DNA from: Octopus bimaculoides
Taxonomy: Eukaryota
Direction of reading: 5' to 3'
Assembly: GCF_001194135.2 (NCBI RefSeq)
Contig: NC_068994.1
Location: 18,459,942-18,502,815 of the forward strand
Length of the DNA stretch: 42,874 nucleotides
The notes beneath the pieces were generated by a model. The model searched no databases, had not been told where the DNA came from, and saw nothing but the letters and a program-made list of their open reading frames with translations. Of the stretch, positions 11,446 to 23,837 are shown in pieces. Made by a program: the position numbers and the translations under genes. Numbering within the stretch: position 1 is the stretch's first letter; every line of letters starts with the position of its first letter.

Positions 11446-12074
11446 ATAGGTGTCGTAACATATGAGCTTATGCTCTAATACTTTAAACCTCTCAGCATGT
11501 ATGTGAGATATCAATTAACACTGAAATTTGAGAAAAAACATGAACTGATTATTATAAGTGAAGGCAAAAAATATCAAATCTACTATACTGGAATTTGAAC
11601 TGAGACCAATAGAGAAGTGGAGGATAGACAAAAAAGTAAAATGTCGTTACTTCAAGCTGAATGAAAGAAAAATGTAATTTAAAGATGATGGAGATTGCTG
11701 AAGGAGATGTAAATTTAAAATGTAACAGACTGAAGTATTCAGACATTTCTGTAATCAGACAAAATGTCCTTCTCTCCAAAAATAATACTTAATATAGTAA
11801 TTAATATAAAACCATCTGCAATTTCACAGCTACAAAATTTCTATTTACTTATACCGATGAAAAGTTTTCTCAATAGATAAAACGTTTCAAGATTTATTTA
11901 TTTTATATTATTACTTTTATTAATAAGATCGGATTGGAAAGGTATTATTTCCACAATTATTAAAAGATTAGAAATCCTGGCAGTAAAAATACAAATAAAT
12001 AAATAACAGCTTGTTCTAATCCTATTCTGGAAATTCTGTTTCATATCTATAAGATGAACTCTCCTTATCTCTTA

Positions 12075-12436
12075 TCTTTTACTTGTTTTACATACTGGAC
12101 TGTGGCCATGCTGGGGCATCATCTGGAAGGGTTTTAGTCAAAAGCACTCACCCCAGTACTTATTTCTTAAAGCCTGGTACTTATTCCATTGGTCATTTTT
12201 ACAGACTGACTAAGTTACAGGGACATAAACAAACCAACAATGATTGTCAAGCAGTCAATGGGGAGAAACACAAAAACACACATCCATATATGGCAGCCTC
12301 TTTTCAGTTTCTGTTAACCAAATTAACTCTCAAGTCTTTGGTTAGTCAAGGCTGTATTAGCTTAAGGTGCCATGCTGTGAGATTGAACCCAAGACCACAT
12401 GGTTGGGAAGCAAGCTTCTCAATTGCACAGCCACAC
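12075..12436 (-). mobile_element. SINE family A (diverged)
   Basis: Reverse complement of the 7481-7910 element. Confidence 0.85.
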
Positions 12437-12446
12437 ATGTGCCTTA

Positions 12447-12788
12447 TACGAGGGGGTACCCAAGAACCCCCCAGAATTTTGCAATCTTATTTTATCCACT
12501 TAGTTTTACATGTTTACACTTTTATCGCCTTCAAATGCAGGGGATGGTGGCGAACCCTGCTGTACTCTTCCACCACAACTTTCTCTCACTCTTACTTCCT
12601 GTTTCTGTTGTGCCTGTAATTCAAAGGGTTAGCCTTGTCACACTGTGTCATGCTGAATATCCTCGAGATCTACGTTAAAGGTACACGTGTCTGCGGAGTG
12701 CTCAGCCACTTGCACGTTAAGTTCACGACCAGGCTGTTCCGTTGATCGGATCAACTGGAACCCTCGACATCGTAAGCGATGGAGTGCC

Positions 12789-12820
<32 letters not shown>

Positions 12821-13612
12821 CGCCTTCAAAGTATTCTTCATTTGAAGCAATGCATCAGTCCAGATGTGTTTTCCACTGTTTGAAGCAGTGCTAGGACTTT
12901 AGCAAAGTGATGCCTTTTAATGCCTCCATCATTTTTTCCTCATCTCTTCCATATCTGCAACTTCTGTAGCACCAGTGATGACCTCTGAAAAAAGGTCTGG
13001 ATCAACTTCCAACTGTTCTTTCAGTTGTGAATGCTTTTGATCCTTCATGAGCAAGTAAGGCAAATTTTGCTGCAACTCTTTCCATTCACAATTCCTTGCT
13101 CAAAATTTGTTAGCAGGAGCTTTTGGACGCACCAGTCACATCAACAGGTTCATTAATTGTTCGGTGATGGTCCTCCAAGATTAGTTCATGAATATTTATG
13201 ATGTTTTCATTTGTTTGGGAGGTTGATGGTCATCCTGAAGGAGGTTGGTCTTCAAGCAACAAGTGACCATTCCTAAAGCGTGAAAAACCACTTGTAAACT
13301 TGTGTTTTGCTCATGACAGCATTGTTGTAAGCTGTTTGAAGCATGACAACTGTTTTGCCCGCTATTTTTTCCCAGTAGAAACAGAATTTCACGGAAACAT
13401 GCTGTTGCATTGTTTCAGTCATTGCAAAAATTGACGAACATGAGAGAAGCACTGCAAAACAAAGACACACCTTGTGGCAATATGACTGCACTCAATGTCA
13501 CTGGTCAGCAGGTTGATGCCTGAGGGTCACATCAAGTGGCTTCTAGTGGCTGAAGCCTGAACTACAACAGGCATGTTCCAAAGAGAATGTTTCTGGTTAC
13601 TTTTGGGCTAGT
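12447..13612 (-). mobile_element. decayed Tc1/mariner DNA transposon, internally deleted, with a nested SINE
   Basis: Minus strand reads MTETMQQHVSVKFCF..KTVVMLQTAY..MSKTQVYKWF..FRNG..LEDQP.SG*PSTS..NENI (mariner HTH region, with stops and frameshifts). TA-CGAGGGGGTACCC terminus at left; degenerate CTGGTTACTTTTGGG at right. Confidence 0.85.
12536..12820 (+). mobile_element. 5'-truncated SINE family B inserted in the mariner
   Basis: Matches the 3' part of 15258-15647, has a (CAA)n tail, and is flanked by a perfect 10-bp TSD CGCCTTCAAA (12526-12535 and 12821-12830). Confidence 0.92.
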
Positions 13613-14519
13613 TATAAAATTTAAGCTTTCCATCATTCATCAGTGGGATTGAACTGCTAAATCCATGTATCTGAACAGTTAGAAAATATCAGACTTTAGA
13701 AAGAGATACAATGCAATACTTTCCCTTTTTTTGTTTTATATATTTGATTTATTAAAATAATCTTGCTTGAAAGAATTTTTCCCCTGCAACATTAAAATTA
13801 TGGTGTATTATAATCCCTTACACCAAACATTTACTACACAATTTAATGTCAAAACAGACAAAGGCATATATTTTATAAATGAATTCCATTCATATTTCAA
13901 TGAGAAATTTAATGATGTTATAGTAAGCACCATTGTAGCAATATAATCTCACTAAATTGTCATGGTGTATGTTTTTATAAGAGTACAGGAATACATTCAG
14001 TGGAGATAGACCCACTTTGTATCCAGTAGCATTCAGTAACAATCAAAACGATAACTTTATCAACACTTCATATTTTGATAAAGCTATCATTTGTTTTATT
14101 CATCAGCTACCAAGGAAAAAAACTGAACATTCATAGAATGAGGATAGTGGAAAATTTTAATGTTCATTTATTTTCTTTTAGGTTATTCTTGCAAAGTATT
14201 ATATTTTTTTAAAGTCTTAATTTGTTCTTTAAATAGTCTTAATTTGTTCTGAGAACAGAACAAGCTGAATGAAGCTTTTTTAGCAGATTTTTCAAAAATT
14301 AACAAAACAATTGTTTCCGAAGTTTATGAATAGAGTGCAACAAATTAAAGAACAAAACAAAACAAAACATAATTAAACAATTTAGAATTAAGAACATAAG
14401 TACTAACTCTACTATGGCTGGTCCTAACTTATAAAAGAAAAGAGGAAGGTTGAGTATATAAAATCCCTAAACCACAAAAGAAACAGTAAATGCCTCTCAG
14501 TGTGATTAAGTAAGTGATA

Positions 14520-14722
14520 AAAATCATCAAACTATGAAGGATTTCAATGAAAACTGTACGGAAGCTGGAGTGCAAATGTATTGGATTCTAAGTGCTAAAA
14601 CTGAACAATTTATGAGAACCAATTTATGGACAGGAGAAGAGAGAACTGCAGTAGATCAACTATGTTGGTAGGAGTATAATGCCTTATGTGTCTCATAAGT
14701 AGAAGGAGTTAAATCTAAGTCT
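14520..14722 (+). repeat. second copy of the 8740 repeat (possible CR1 3' end)
   Basis: TATGAAGGATTTCAATGAAAACTG..GGATTCTAAGTGCTAAAACTG..CATAAGTAG..GAGTTAAATCTAAGTCTA. Confidence 0.55.
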
Positions 14723-14726
14723 ATAC

Positions 14727-15068
14727 AGGTGCAGACATGGCTGCATAATAAAAGTTCCGGGTTCAGGCCCACTGCATTGTAGCTTGGACAAGTGTCTTCT
14801 ACTATAGCACCAGACCAACCAAAGTCTTGTGAGTGGATTTGGTACATGGAAACAGAATGAAGACTGTTGTGAGAGTGTGCCTCCCAACACTGCTTGACAA
14901 CCAGTATCCCTGAAACTTAGTAATGTGACAAAAGAGACCAATAAAATAAGTACCAGACTTTAAAAAGGAAAAATAAGTACTAGGGTTGATTAGTTTGACT
15001 AGAATTCCTCAAGGCAGTGCCCCCCACATGGCTACATTCAAATGACAGAAACAAGTAAAAGATAAAGA
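14727..15068 (+). mobile_element. SINE family A (diverged, central microsatellite lost)
   Basis: Head, CTTGGACAAGTGTCTTCT core and 3' end homologous to 7481. Confidence 0.85.
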
Positions 15069-15257
15069 ATCAGTTGATTTAAATGCTTGTGTATGACCTG
15101 TGCAAGTTAATTTTCAACTAGGAGAAAATGCAGTTCTTTCCTAAAAGCCTTTTAAGAAGCACAACATATTTTCCATAGAATTTTCATGAGGACAATACAA
15201 AAGAAGTTTCCTATTGTCTTCCTTTGGGTATTTTTTGACATGAAACCATTTGTTGCT

Positions 15258-15647
15258 GGAAGCGCAATGACCCAGTGGTTAGGGCAGCGGACTCGCGGTC
15301 ATAGGATCGCAGTTTTGATTCCCAGACCGGGCGTTGTGAGTGTTTATTGAGCAAAAACACCTAAAGCTCCACGAGGCTCCAGCAGGGGATGGTGGTGGAC
15401 CCTGCTGTACTCTTTCACCACAACTTTCTCTCACTCTTACTTCCTGTTTCTGTTGTGCCTGTAATTCAAAGGGTCAGCCTTGTCACACTGCGTCACGCTG
15501 AATATCCCCGAGGACTACGTTAAGGGTACACGTGTCTGTGGAGTGCTCAGCCACTTGCACATTACTTTCACGAGCAGGCTGTTCCGTTGATCGGATCAAC
15601 TGGAACCCTTGACGTCATAAGCGACGGAGTGCCAACAACAACCAACA
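15258..15647 (+). mobile_element. full-length tRNA-derived SINE, family B
   Basis: A-box-like TGACCCAGTGG, B-box-like GTTTTGATTCC, body ..CAAAGGGTCAGCCTTGTCACACTG.., (CAA)n tail; CpG-rich, suggesting a young copy. Confidence 0.92.
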
Positions 15648-16139
15648 GGTAGTGACACTTGCCTGGGTACTTAGAACATAAACAAAAAAAATGAATTCTA
15701 TAAACCATTTTGACCAATGCTCTAATAATTCTGCCAACCCACTGCTGTTGACTGCTATCATATTTTATTTATCCTGGAGGGATGGGATCTGAACTCACAA
15801 CATAAAGAGCTGGAATTTTGTCCAACACTAATGATTCTGCCAATTCACTCACAGAATATAGTGCAGATGATAAATATATGTTTTTGACCAGAGGTGAGCA
15901 GAATCTAATGGCATATTGTAAAGAAAAACCCTACATGGATCTCAGTTGTTGCACACTATATGTATCATCAAAACACAGTTGCCTATAAAGTTAAAACTTG
16001 TTAAATGAAGCTACCCAGTCAGCTGCTTCTTCCATCAAGTATTGAACCCTGGATCTAAACTCACATACTTTATATCTTCAAAAATAAAGCTTAAGTGCGA
16101 CATAGCTTGTATTAATTCCTTTTACTAGTTAAAATGAAT

Positions 16140-16312
16140 AAGGCAGTGAGCTGACAGAGCCATTACCACACAGGACGATATGCTTAGTGATGTATTGTTT
16201 GCTTTCTCGTTCTGAGTTCAAATTTCACTTTGCCTTTCATCCTTTTGGGGTTGATAATCAACTTGCTCCTTCCCCAGATATTGCTGGCCTTGTGCCAAAA
16301 TTTGAAATCAAT
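16140..16312 (+). mobile_element. SINE family C (internally deleted)
   Basis: Homologous to 1134-1350. Confidence 0.8.
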
Positions 16313-17140
16313 AATTAAAATGAATGAAATTACTTTAGTACATCCCTGTAATCACAAGTTCAGAACAAAATATATGTTACATTATTGAGCTTCTTAATAT
16401 AGAATAATGAAGTATACTTATATGTACATTAAGATAAATATGCTTCTCAAATTGTGTAGAGACAAAAACAAAAGATTTCAGACTATGAATAAAAAAAATA
16501 AAAAACAAAACAGAAAGGTGATGGTGTAAAAAATTCTCACTGGAACATCAAAGTCATTAGTTTTGAAATTATCTGATGTCTGACGTTTCGAAACGTTACA
16601 AGAAAACAACAAAGTAATACTGTCTGAGTACAATGTTATTATTCCGCAGTTAGGGATCTGGTTTCTTGTATTTTCCTTTTTTCAGATGCAACACATAAAA
16701 CAACTTAAATAGCTTATAACATTATCTAGACTAATAGATTATGTATTAGAAAACAGGATTACACTAGGTTTGACTATTGAGATAAAATCCTGCTAGGCTG
16801 TTTTATTCCAGGCCATTTAAGTAGGTTATGTTTTTATCACCCGTAATTATGGAAGAATGTAACAAAGAAACCAAGATGTTACATAATGACATTAGTACAA
16901 AGTAATTACAATCATGTGAGAAAACATGAAAGACCAACACAAACATTTGCTATTGGCTAGGAAGCAACATAGTACGTTTGTATTATAGAGAGATTAGCTG
17001 GTTAAATTGTTTATGTGTTTGTAAGTGTATTATGTGATATAAATATTATTATCATTATTGATATAAATATGATTATTAATGTTATCATCATTACTATTAT
17101 CGTTATTATTGATATTATAATAATAATAACGATGATGATG

Positions 17141-17292
17141 GCTTCAAATTTTGGCACAAGGCCACCAATTTCAAGAAGGGGATAAATCGATTACATCAAC
17201 CCCAGTGTTCAACTGGTATTTAATTTATCGACCCTGAAAGGATGAAAGGCAAAATCGACCTTGGTGAAATTTGAACTCAGGATGTAGTGACA
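17141..17292 (-). mobile_element. SINE family C (partial)
   Basis: TTCAAATTTTGGCACAAGGCC...GAAAGGATGAAAGGCAAAATCGACC is the reverse of family C. Confidence 0.85.
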
Positions 17293-17329
17293 GGCAATAT
17301 ATATATAAGTTAGGGGTCACATCTCATAC

Positions 17330-17688
17330 AGGCATTCATTTTGTAGTTTCTGCAGTTAAATGTCTTTCCTAACACTAACCTCTTGCAGAGTGCAGCTGAT
17401 TCATTTTATGCTGAAGAGCTGCCCAGGTTCCATGTGTCTTTCAGCATGGTTTCTACAATAAGATGTCTTTTCTGATGCAATCACTTTACAGAGTATGCTG
17501 GGTGCTTTTTATATGGCACCAGCACCCATGAGTCTGCAAGAGGGATGTAGAGGACATGCCTGTACGTAATGACAACCATGATTTTACTTAGCTTGATGTG
17601 TCTTCTACAGCACAGCAAACCGCCAGAAGTCTTAGGTCCCTTGTCATCCCCTCTCAGTGAGGCCCGATATCTGAAATTCCTTTCTCAT
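17330..17688 (-). mobile_element. old RTE 3' end fragment
   Basis: Reverse GAGAAAGGAATTTCAGATATCGGGCCTCACTGAGAGGGGATGACAAGG resembles the RKDLRTLGLTE-coding end plus RTE 3'UTR. Confidence 0.7.
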
Positions 17689-18091
17689 GGAAATAAAATG
17701 ATGATGATGATGACATCAAAATTTCCTTATGTGGTCTATGTCCTGAACATCCAACAGAATCTAATCTAGAACAATCTAGAACATTTCCCAAAACTCAGGT
17801 AGTGGAACACCTGTTGACATGAAATGAATACGAACTGAAATGCAACTGTCAGAACTGTCAAGTTTTCTATATACAAATGGTGAAAAGTAAGGATTAACTA
17901 TAAGGAATATGCAGATTTTCAGTTAACAAAGAATATTTAAATGGGAGGAATATTTTATGAAGTGAGAGGTGAATATATATCAAAGAGTTCATCAAACTTA
18001 CACTTTGAATCACTCATATCTGTCTTTTGAGATTCCTGTTATCTCAAAGAAGTTAAGATTTGCATTTAAAATCAAACATGAAAAGAATATG

Positions 18092-18522
18092 TTGAAGTGG
18101 AGATAATGGTGTTAGTAGTAGAACAATATCAGTGGTGGTGGTATGATAGTGGTGGAGGTGGCACTAATATTGGTTGTGATGGTGATGGTGGTGTAATGGT
18201 GTTGGTGAAGATGATAATGGTGGTGGGGGTAAGGGTAGTAACGATGGTGGTTGCAATGGTGTTGGTGGAAGGGATAATAGTGGTGGGTGTGTTGGTAGTG
18301 ATGGTGGTGGTGGTGGTGGTAGTGATGATGGTGATGGTGGCAATGGTGTTGGTAAAGGTGATAATGGTGGTGGTGGATTTTGGTAGTAGAGGTGGTGGTC
18401 ATAATAGCAGTAATGGTGGCAATGGTGTTTGGTGGATGTGATAACAGTGGTGGTGATAGTATCGGTGGTGGTGATGGTATCGGTGGTGGTGATAGTATCG
18501 GTGGTGGTGATAGCATTGATGG
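18092..18522. repeat. degenerate (GGT)n repeat ending in an 18-bp subarray (GGTGGTGGTGATAGTATC)n
   Basis: Direct inspection. Confidence 0.95.
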
Positions 18523-18994
18523 TTGAGCAGACTCATGAGCTCGGTACCACTGATTATAAAGTTAACATGTAAGTCTTTAGACTATCAGAGATTGAATGCA
18601 AAATGTATTAAATGCTGGATGATGGACAGAAATTTAAATTCCAATAATGCAGATGATCATTAAGAAGAACAATCTATAGAGTAGATGACAGTGGTGGTAA
18701 CATGGAAAACTTTTAGACATTAGAATGGTGAATACTAAATAAGTGTTCAAAGAATCCAAGCAAAACTTTAAATTATTTTTTTAAAAATCAAAAGACAGAA
18801 GTGTCACTCCAAGATTTTCGTGATTCACCAAAGTAAAATTAAGTCATGAAGCATGAGATTAAAAAGCAAAACAATTGTAGATAATTTATATTATGTAGCT
18901 GGTGGTCTTGATCAAGATTACTAGGTATAACCATTGTTATCATTGTTATGTATAACCATTATTAGGTATAATCATTGTTCAGGGGAAAAATAGT

Positions 18995-19165
18995 GGAAAG
19001 ATAAAGGAGTGTGGTGAAGAGATAAGGGAGTATGGTGAAGACACAAAAGGGTGTGAAGAGATAAAGGGGTGTCGGAAAGAGACAAGGGGGTGTGATAAAG
19101 GGACAAGGGGTGTGATGAAGGGATGAGGGGATGTGGTGAAGGTGTGAAGAGGTGATGGGGTGTGC
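18995..19165. repeat. degenerate purine-rich minisatellite, about 18-21 bp period
   Basis: AAGGAGTGTGGTGAAGAGAT / AAGGGAGTATGGTGAAGACAC / AAGGGGTGTGATGAAGGGAT. Confidence 0.8.
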
Positions 19166-20181
19166 TGGTTGGTTTTAATAACAAATGGGGTCAATCACCC
19201 TACCCCAGTCATACCCTTTGTCCAAACACTTTTCTGAAACTTGTTTCAAAACTTTCCAAGTGAATCTTTGAAGCAATGTAGTATACATACCCCCCCCCCC
19301 CCATCCACTAGGAACATCTTGATTCATCACTGGTGCAGTTCACAAAACTTGATACAATTCATGCTTTTTTATCTTCTCAGTGTAAAGCATTGGTAAAACT
19401 AACAACTATTTCTAAATTTATTCCACTTGTGAATGTAAAATGTCTGAAATCATTTCATCTAAACCCTAGTAACATATAGAGTCAATAATAGAGTAAGAAC
19501 GGAACAGGCTGTTACAATAATAGACTTAAAATAAAAAAGAATAATTGATGTTTTTTTTCTTCTTTTTTTCATAGATGTAAAGATAAAGAAAGAGTTTTTA
19601 TTATAGGTCTAATTTCATGATTTCATATTGTAATTTATAATAAATATTTATTTAATTTGTCTATGTTGAAATCAAATATCAAAAATTGAATTGAAATAAT
19701 ACCAACATTGATCAGCAATATTGATAGGAATTTCTCTTTCTTCTCATAACAAAACATATTTTGAAAAACTATTGAAATAATATTTATTTTAATTATAAAA
19801 CTCACAATGCCTTTCTCTATGGAGTCAGCATTTAAAATAAAAAATTAGTTTTGTAAAGTAACATATCTTGAAACCCAGTTCTTTAGTGTTCTATTGATTT
19901 TTATGAAAACTGTTTTTGGTTCCTTCATTTTTGTTTTATTCTTGAATAATTGAAAGAATGAAGCAAACCAAACAATAGTGGGGTACTAAAATCTATTTTC
20001 TCTGTAAAATCTTCATCAATATCGATTCTCTTTAAAAGGATAGTATTAGTTTCATAATGAATAATGTAAAATGATACTGAAGTCTTTAAAATTATCTGAA
20101 TATTTTCCCATCAGTTATTATGAATAGATATTTTTGAGAAAACATAACACACACACACAAAGGAAAATAACAACAAAGCAC

Positions 20182-20220
<39 letters not shown>

Positions 20221-21089
20221 AAACAAGGTATTCAAATTTAAACAATAAAACTCTTTTTTTGAGTCATTTTCTCCAACTGCTAAACTCTAAACACATAGGT
20301 CAAACATCTACCAAAGTTTAAAGCAAAAAAAAAACAAGAATGAGAAGTAAAGTTTCTAGTGATAGCCATTGTAATAGAATAATCCTCTTAGTTTTAATAT
20401 TTCCATAGGTAGATTTTAAGTTGAATCAGATTCCAGAAGTCAGTTAAGCAATGCGAGTAAAAATATTTCTAAAGCAGTGTTGATTGTGGTGAAGGCAAGC
20501 AGTGCAGAAAACTGGTTTGTCTATTTATATATTTGAATACATGCCATCAGAAATAATTATCTACAAAATCTCAAACTGAAATACAACAAGTTGGCGTCTA
20601 AATAGACAAAAATTAGCTACACATAATTGTATAGAAGTTTGCAGTTTTAATTCTTCAGTTTTCTTCTTTGTAAAAAGGATATATATATATATATATATAC
20701 AGAGAAATAAAATTAGTCTGGAGGAACCGAGAAGTAGATAATTTAAAGGTTCAATGGAATATCATGACCAGAATTTAAGTCTGCCAAAAATTTTCTAGAT
20801 TTCAAAAATATAAGGAAATGAAATCTTTATAGCAGAATATATATGAATGAAACTAAATAATGTAAGGTGTTTATTCAGTGTGCTATTCTACCATTTCTAT
20901 AATCTTCACACTGACTGTAATACAGAGAACATATGATAGCAGATAACACTGTAATACCATATAAAGGAATCTCTACATAGCTGTTCAACCCACTTAATAT
21001 AGTGGAGCCAAATTTCTTTGAAATTCTATTCTACCATCCTCGATATACTATATTGTCAACATTGATTAAATATCTATACTGGGTTTTCC

Positions 21090-21290
21090 ATACTTGCAGA
21101 GTTTATTTGATGCTGATTTTCTATGGCCAGAAGAAGCCCTTCCAGTTGCCAACACACACCTGTTTCCAAGCAAGGTAACATCTACACATGGCCAGATGAG
21201 GTTTTACAGAATTTTAGGTATGAATGATACTGCTCGTATGACAGTGATCCTCATTTTCAACTATCATGTGAAATTAAGACAAAGAAACAC
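21090..21290 (-). mobile_element. repeat fragment with an RTE-3'UTR-like motif
   Basis: TTTCTATGGCCAGAAGAAGCCCTTCCAGTTGCCAAC resembles the RTE tail motif. Confidence 0.55.
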
Positions 21291-21327
21291 ACACACACAC
21301 ACACACACTGATGAGCTTCTTTCAGTT

Positions 21328-21461
21328 TTAGCCAAACAAATTGACCCCAGTACTTATTCTATCAGTCACATTTGATGAACTGCTAAGTTATAGGGATATG
21401 AATGCACTAACACCAGTTGTCAAGTGGTCGTGGTAGGGACAAATACAGACACAAAGATACA

Positions 21462-21511
<50 letters not shown>

Positions 21512-21686
21512 TATATGTATGTATATGATAGGCTTCTTTCAGTTTCCATTAACCAAATCCACTCACAAGGCCTTGGTTGGCCTGACGCTATTGTAGAAGA
21601 CACTTGCACAAGGTGCCACACTGTGAGACTGAACCCAGAACCACGTCGTTGGGAAACAAGCTTCAAACAATACAGCCACACCTGCA
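21328..21686 (-). mobile_element. SINE family A with internal (AT)n
   Basis: Reverse complement of the 7481 element. Confidence 0.88.
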
Positions 21687-21851
21687 CCAATAATTGTCAA
21701 AGAAAAACAGGTTAATTTTTTGAGAAATTTTTTATAATTTATTTTATTGAAAGAAAATCAAACGGAACAATAAACACATCAAATAAATGTTATATTTTCT
21801 TGCATAATATCAACTCTGAATAATCAATTTTTTTTTTCCTCTCTTTTCTAG

Positions 21852-21889
21852 TTTTCACAACATCCTCCAAACCTAACTCTTTCTGCCAG
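21852..21889 (+). CDS. candidate 38-nt micro-exon of an unidentified gene
   Basis: Acceptor TTTTTTTTTTCCTCTCTTTTCTAG and donor CAG|GTATGT. Open readings are FSQHPPNLTLSA (phase 0-2) or xFTTSSKPNSFCQ (phase 1-0). Confidence 0.5.
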
Positions 21890-22646
21890 GTATGTAATAC
21901 AAGAAAATTAACAATCTTATTTTAGTCATCTAATTCCTCTCACTAACGAAATTGGATTCAATCCAATTTATAAATCACAAAACAGTTTTAATCAAGTAGA
22001 AGACAATAAGGATAGAAATCAGTTAACTTCTTATTGTGCAATAGAACTGAATGCAGCCTGTTGTTGCAAAAGCAGAAATTGGTGTTGTGTTGGCATTCAT
22101 TACAGGAAATGCCAGTAGAAATCTACAAATAATATAACTAGATACAATGCAAGCAGAGAGGATAATTAAATGAGGACTATTATGAATAAAACTTTTAACA
22201 TTGATTTCTCTACTCTGATGAAAACATAGGCTAGCAAGATAGAAATACATTGCTTCCAGTTCAAATCACAGATAAGAAACTAACGGAAAGTTTTGAATGA
22301 TACAGCAAAGTTATAGAGAAAAATACATTGCTTTTGCTTTATGATAATTCACCTTGAAACTCAACTATTGCCATAAATAAATAATGTATATAATTGAGGG
22401 TGTGTGGAAGTGTGTGGAAGTGTGTGTGTGTGTGTGTGTGTGTGCATGGTTTATGACAACAGATGAACATTTGAATCAAATGGAATGAATCTGGGGATTT
22501 GTTGAAGAAACTACAACTTCTAATACCTCTCAATAAAACATGATACAGATGAACTAGATTTGGTAACAACATCACCATTAAAGCATTTCACATACCTTAG
22601 ATTTAAAAAATTAGATAATGAAGTCTTATTGCAAATAATGAGATTA

Positions 22647-22785
22647 GTGAATGCACATGGCTTAGCGGTTACAGTTGTGGGTTCTATACTTGGACCAGAT
22701 TGCATGTTGTGTTCTTGAGCAAGGCTCATCATTCCACATCACATTGCTCCAGTCTACTAAGCTGAAATGATTATCAGCTGAGAAC
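22647..22785 (+). mobile_element. SINE family D head and core fragment
   Basis: GTGAATGCACATGGCTTAGCGGTTA..TTGTGTTCTTGAGCAAGG..CACATTGCTCCAGTCTACTAAGCTG. Confidence 0.75.
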
Positions 22786-22884
22786 CGGTGAAACTAACTT
22801 CATGATCATTTTAAATTTCTAAATTCCAGAACAGAATAAATGTAAGGAGAATTACTTTTCAAAATACAAACTACTTTAACTATA

Positions 22885-23302
22885 GATGCCAGGATGGTTG
22901 TGCGGTTAGGAAGCTTACTCTGCAACTACATGGTTTTGGGTTCAGTCCCACTAAGTGGTACTTTGGACGTTTTCTACTTATAGCTCCAGGCTGACCAATG
23001 CCTTCTGAGTGAATATGGTAGATGGAAACTATGTGGAAGGCATTTTGTGAGTATGTGTGTGTGTGTGTGTGTGTATCCATTGTGTCTTTTTTGTACCTGT
23101 TTGTCCACAGGCCCACTATTTGATAATTGTTGTAGGTTTGTTTAAATCTCCATAACTTAACAGTTCAGCAAAAGAGACTGATAGACTAAGTACCAAACTT
23201 AACAAGTACTGGGGGTTCGTCTGTTCGACTAAAATAAAACCCTCTTAGGTTGTGCTCCAGCATGGTAGCAGTCCAATGGCAGAACGAGTGATAAAAGATA
23301 AA
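22885..23302 (+). mobile_element. SINE family A (diverged)
   Basis: Head, core, internal (GT)n and 3' end all recognisable. Confidence 0.85.
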
Positions 23303-23837
23303 CTGCATTTTTCATGGTATTGTATTTAAAACTACATTTCAATTAGTCTCTCATTGTCTATATGAACCTCTATAAAGGAAACAATTGATCCCTTGATTTC
23401 TAATTGCACAGTCCTTGCAAAGACAGGATATATTCACAATACTGACCTCCACATACATATTTTCTCCGCCTTTTATCATTTCTACTGTAACTATAGTAGC
23501 CTCTGTTCCTTAGAGTTAGCTGATCTGATGTTATCTCTGTTTAGGTACCCCTGATTTGATCATCTCTCCTCTTATTATTCAGATCCCCTTCCATTCCACA
23601 TTTTCTACTTTGATCCACATTTCAATTAATTTATCATATTGGAGTTATCTCTCTTTCTTGTTATTTCTAAATGGAAAAAAAAAACTCTTTTAGAGAGAGA
23701 TTTCCTGATTAAGAATTGTATTGATAATTGCAGTTAAGATGGAAATATACAGTACCAGACTAATTACCTGGCAAGCTTGCGATTAGAAGTGGCCTGAATT
23801 TTTGGATTTTCTGGTTTTGTAAAGACAGCCTGAATAT

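Noticed and set aside
15258-15335. tRNA gene
   Set aside because: A and B boxes are present, but the acceptor stem is imperfect and it continues directly into a SINE body.
16583-16596. 14-bp perfect palindrome ACGTTTCGAAACGT next to CTGATG, hammerhead-like
   Set aside because: No stem II or stem III geometry; a single short palindrome is plausible by chance.
16685-16720. Exon after the strong acceptor at 16684
   Set aside because: Stops within 9 codons in all frames and no donor nearby.
18097-18516. Val-rich and His/Pro-rich ORFs
   Set aside because: Translation of (GGT)n simple repeats.
18537-18548. GAGCTCGGTACC, identical to the SacI-KpnI part of the pUC polylinker
   Set aside because: Only 12 bp and the flanks do not continue the vector; chance match.
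19575-19606. Exon after the strong acceptor at 19574
   Set aside because: No convincing donor (GTCTAA); a terminal-exon reading DVKIKKEFLL* cannot be supported further.
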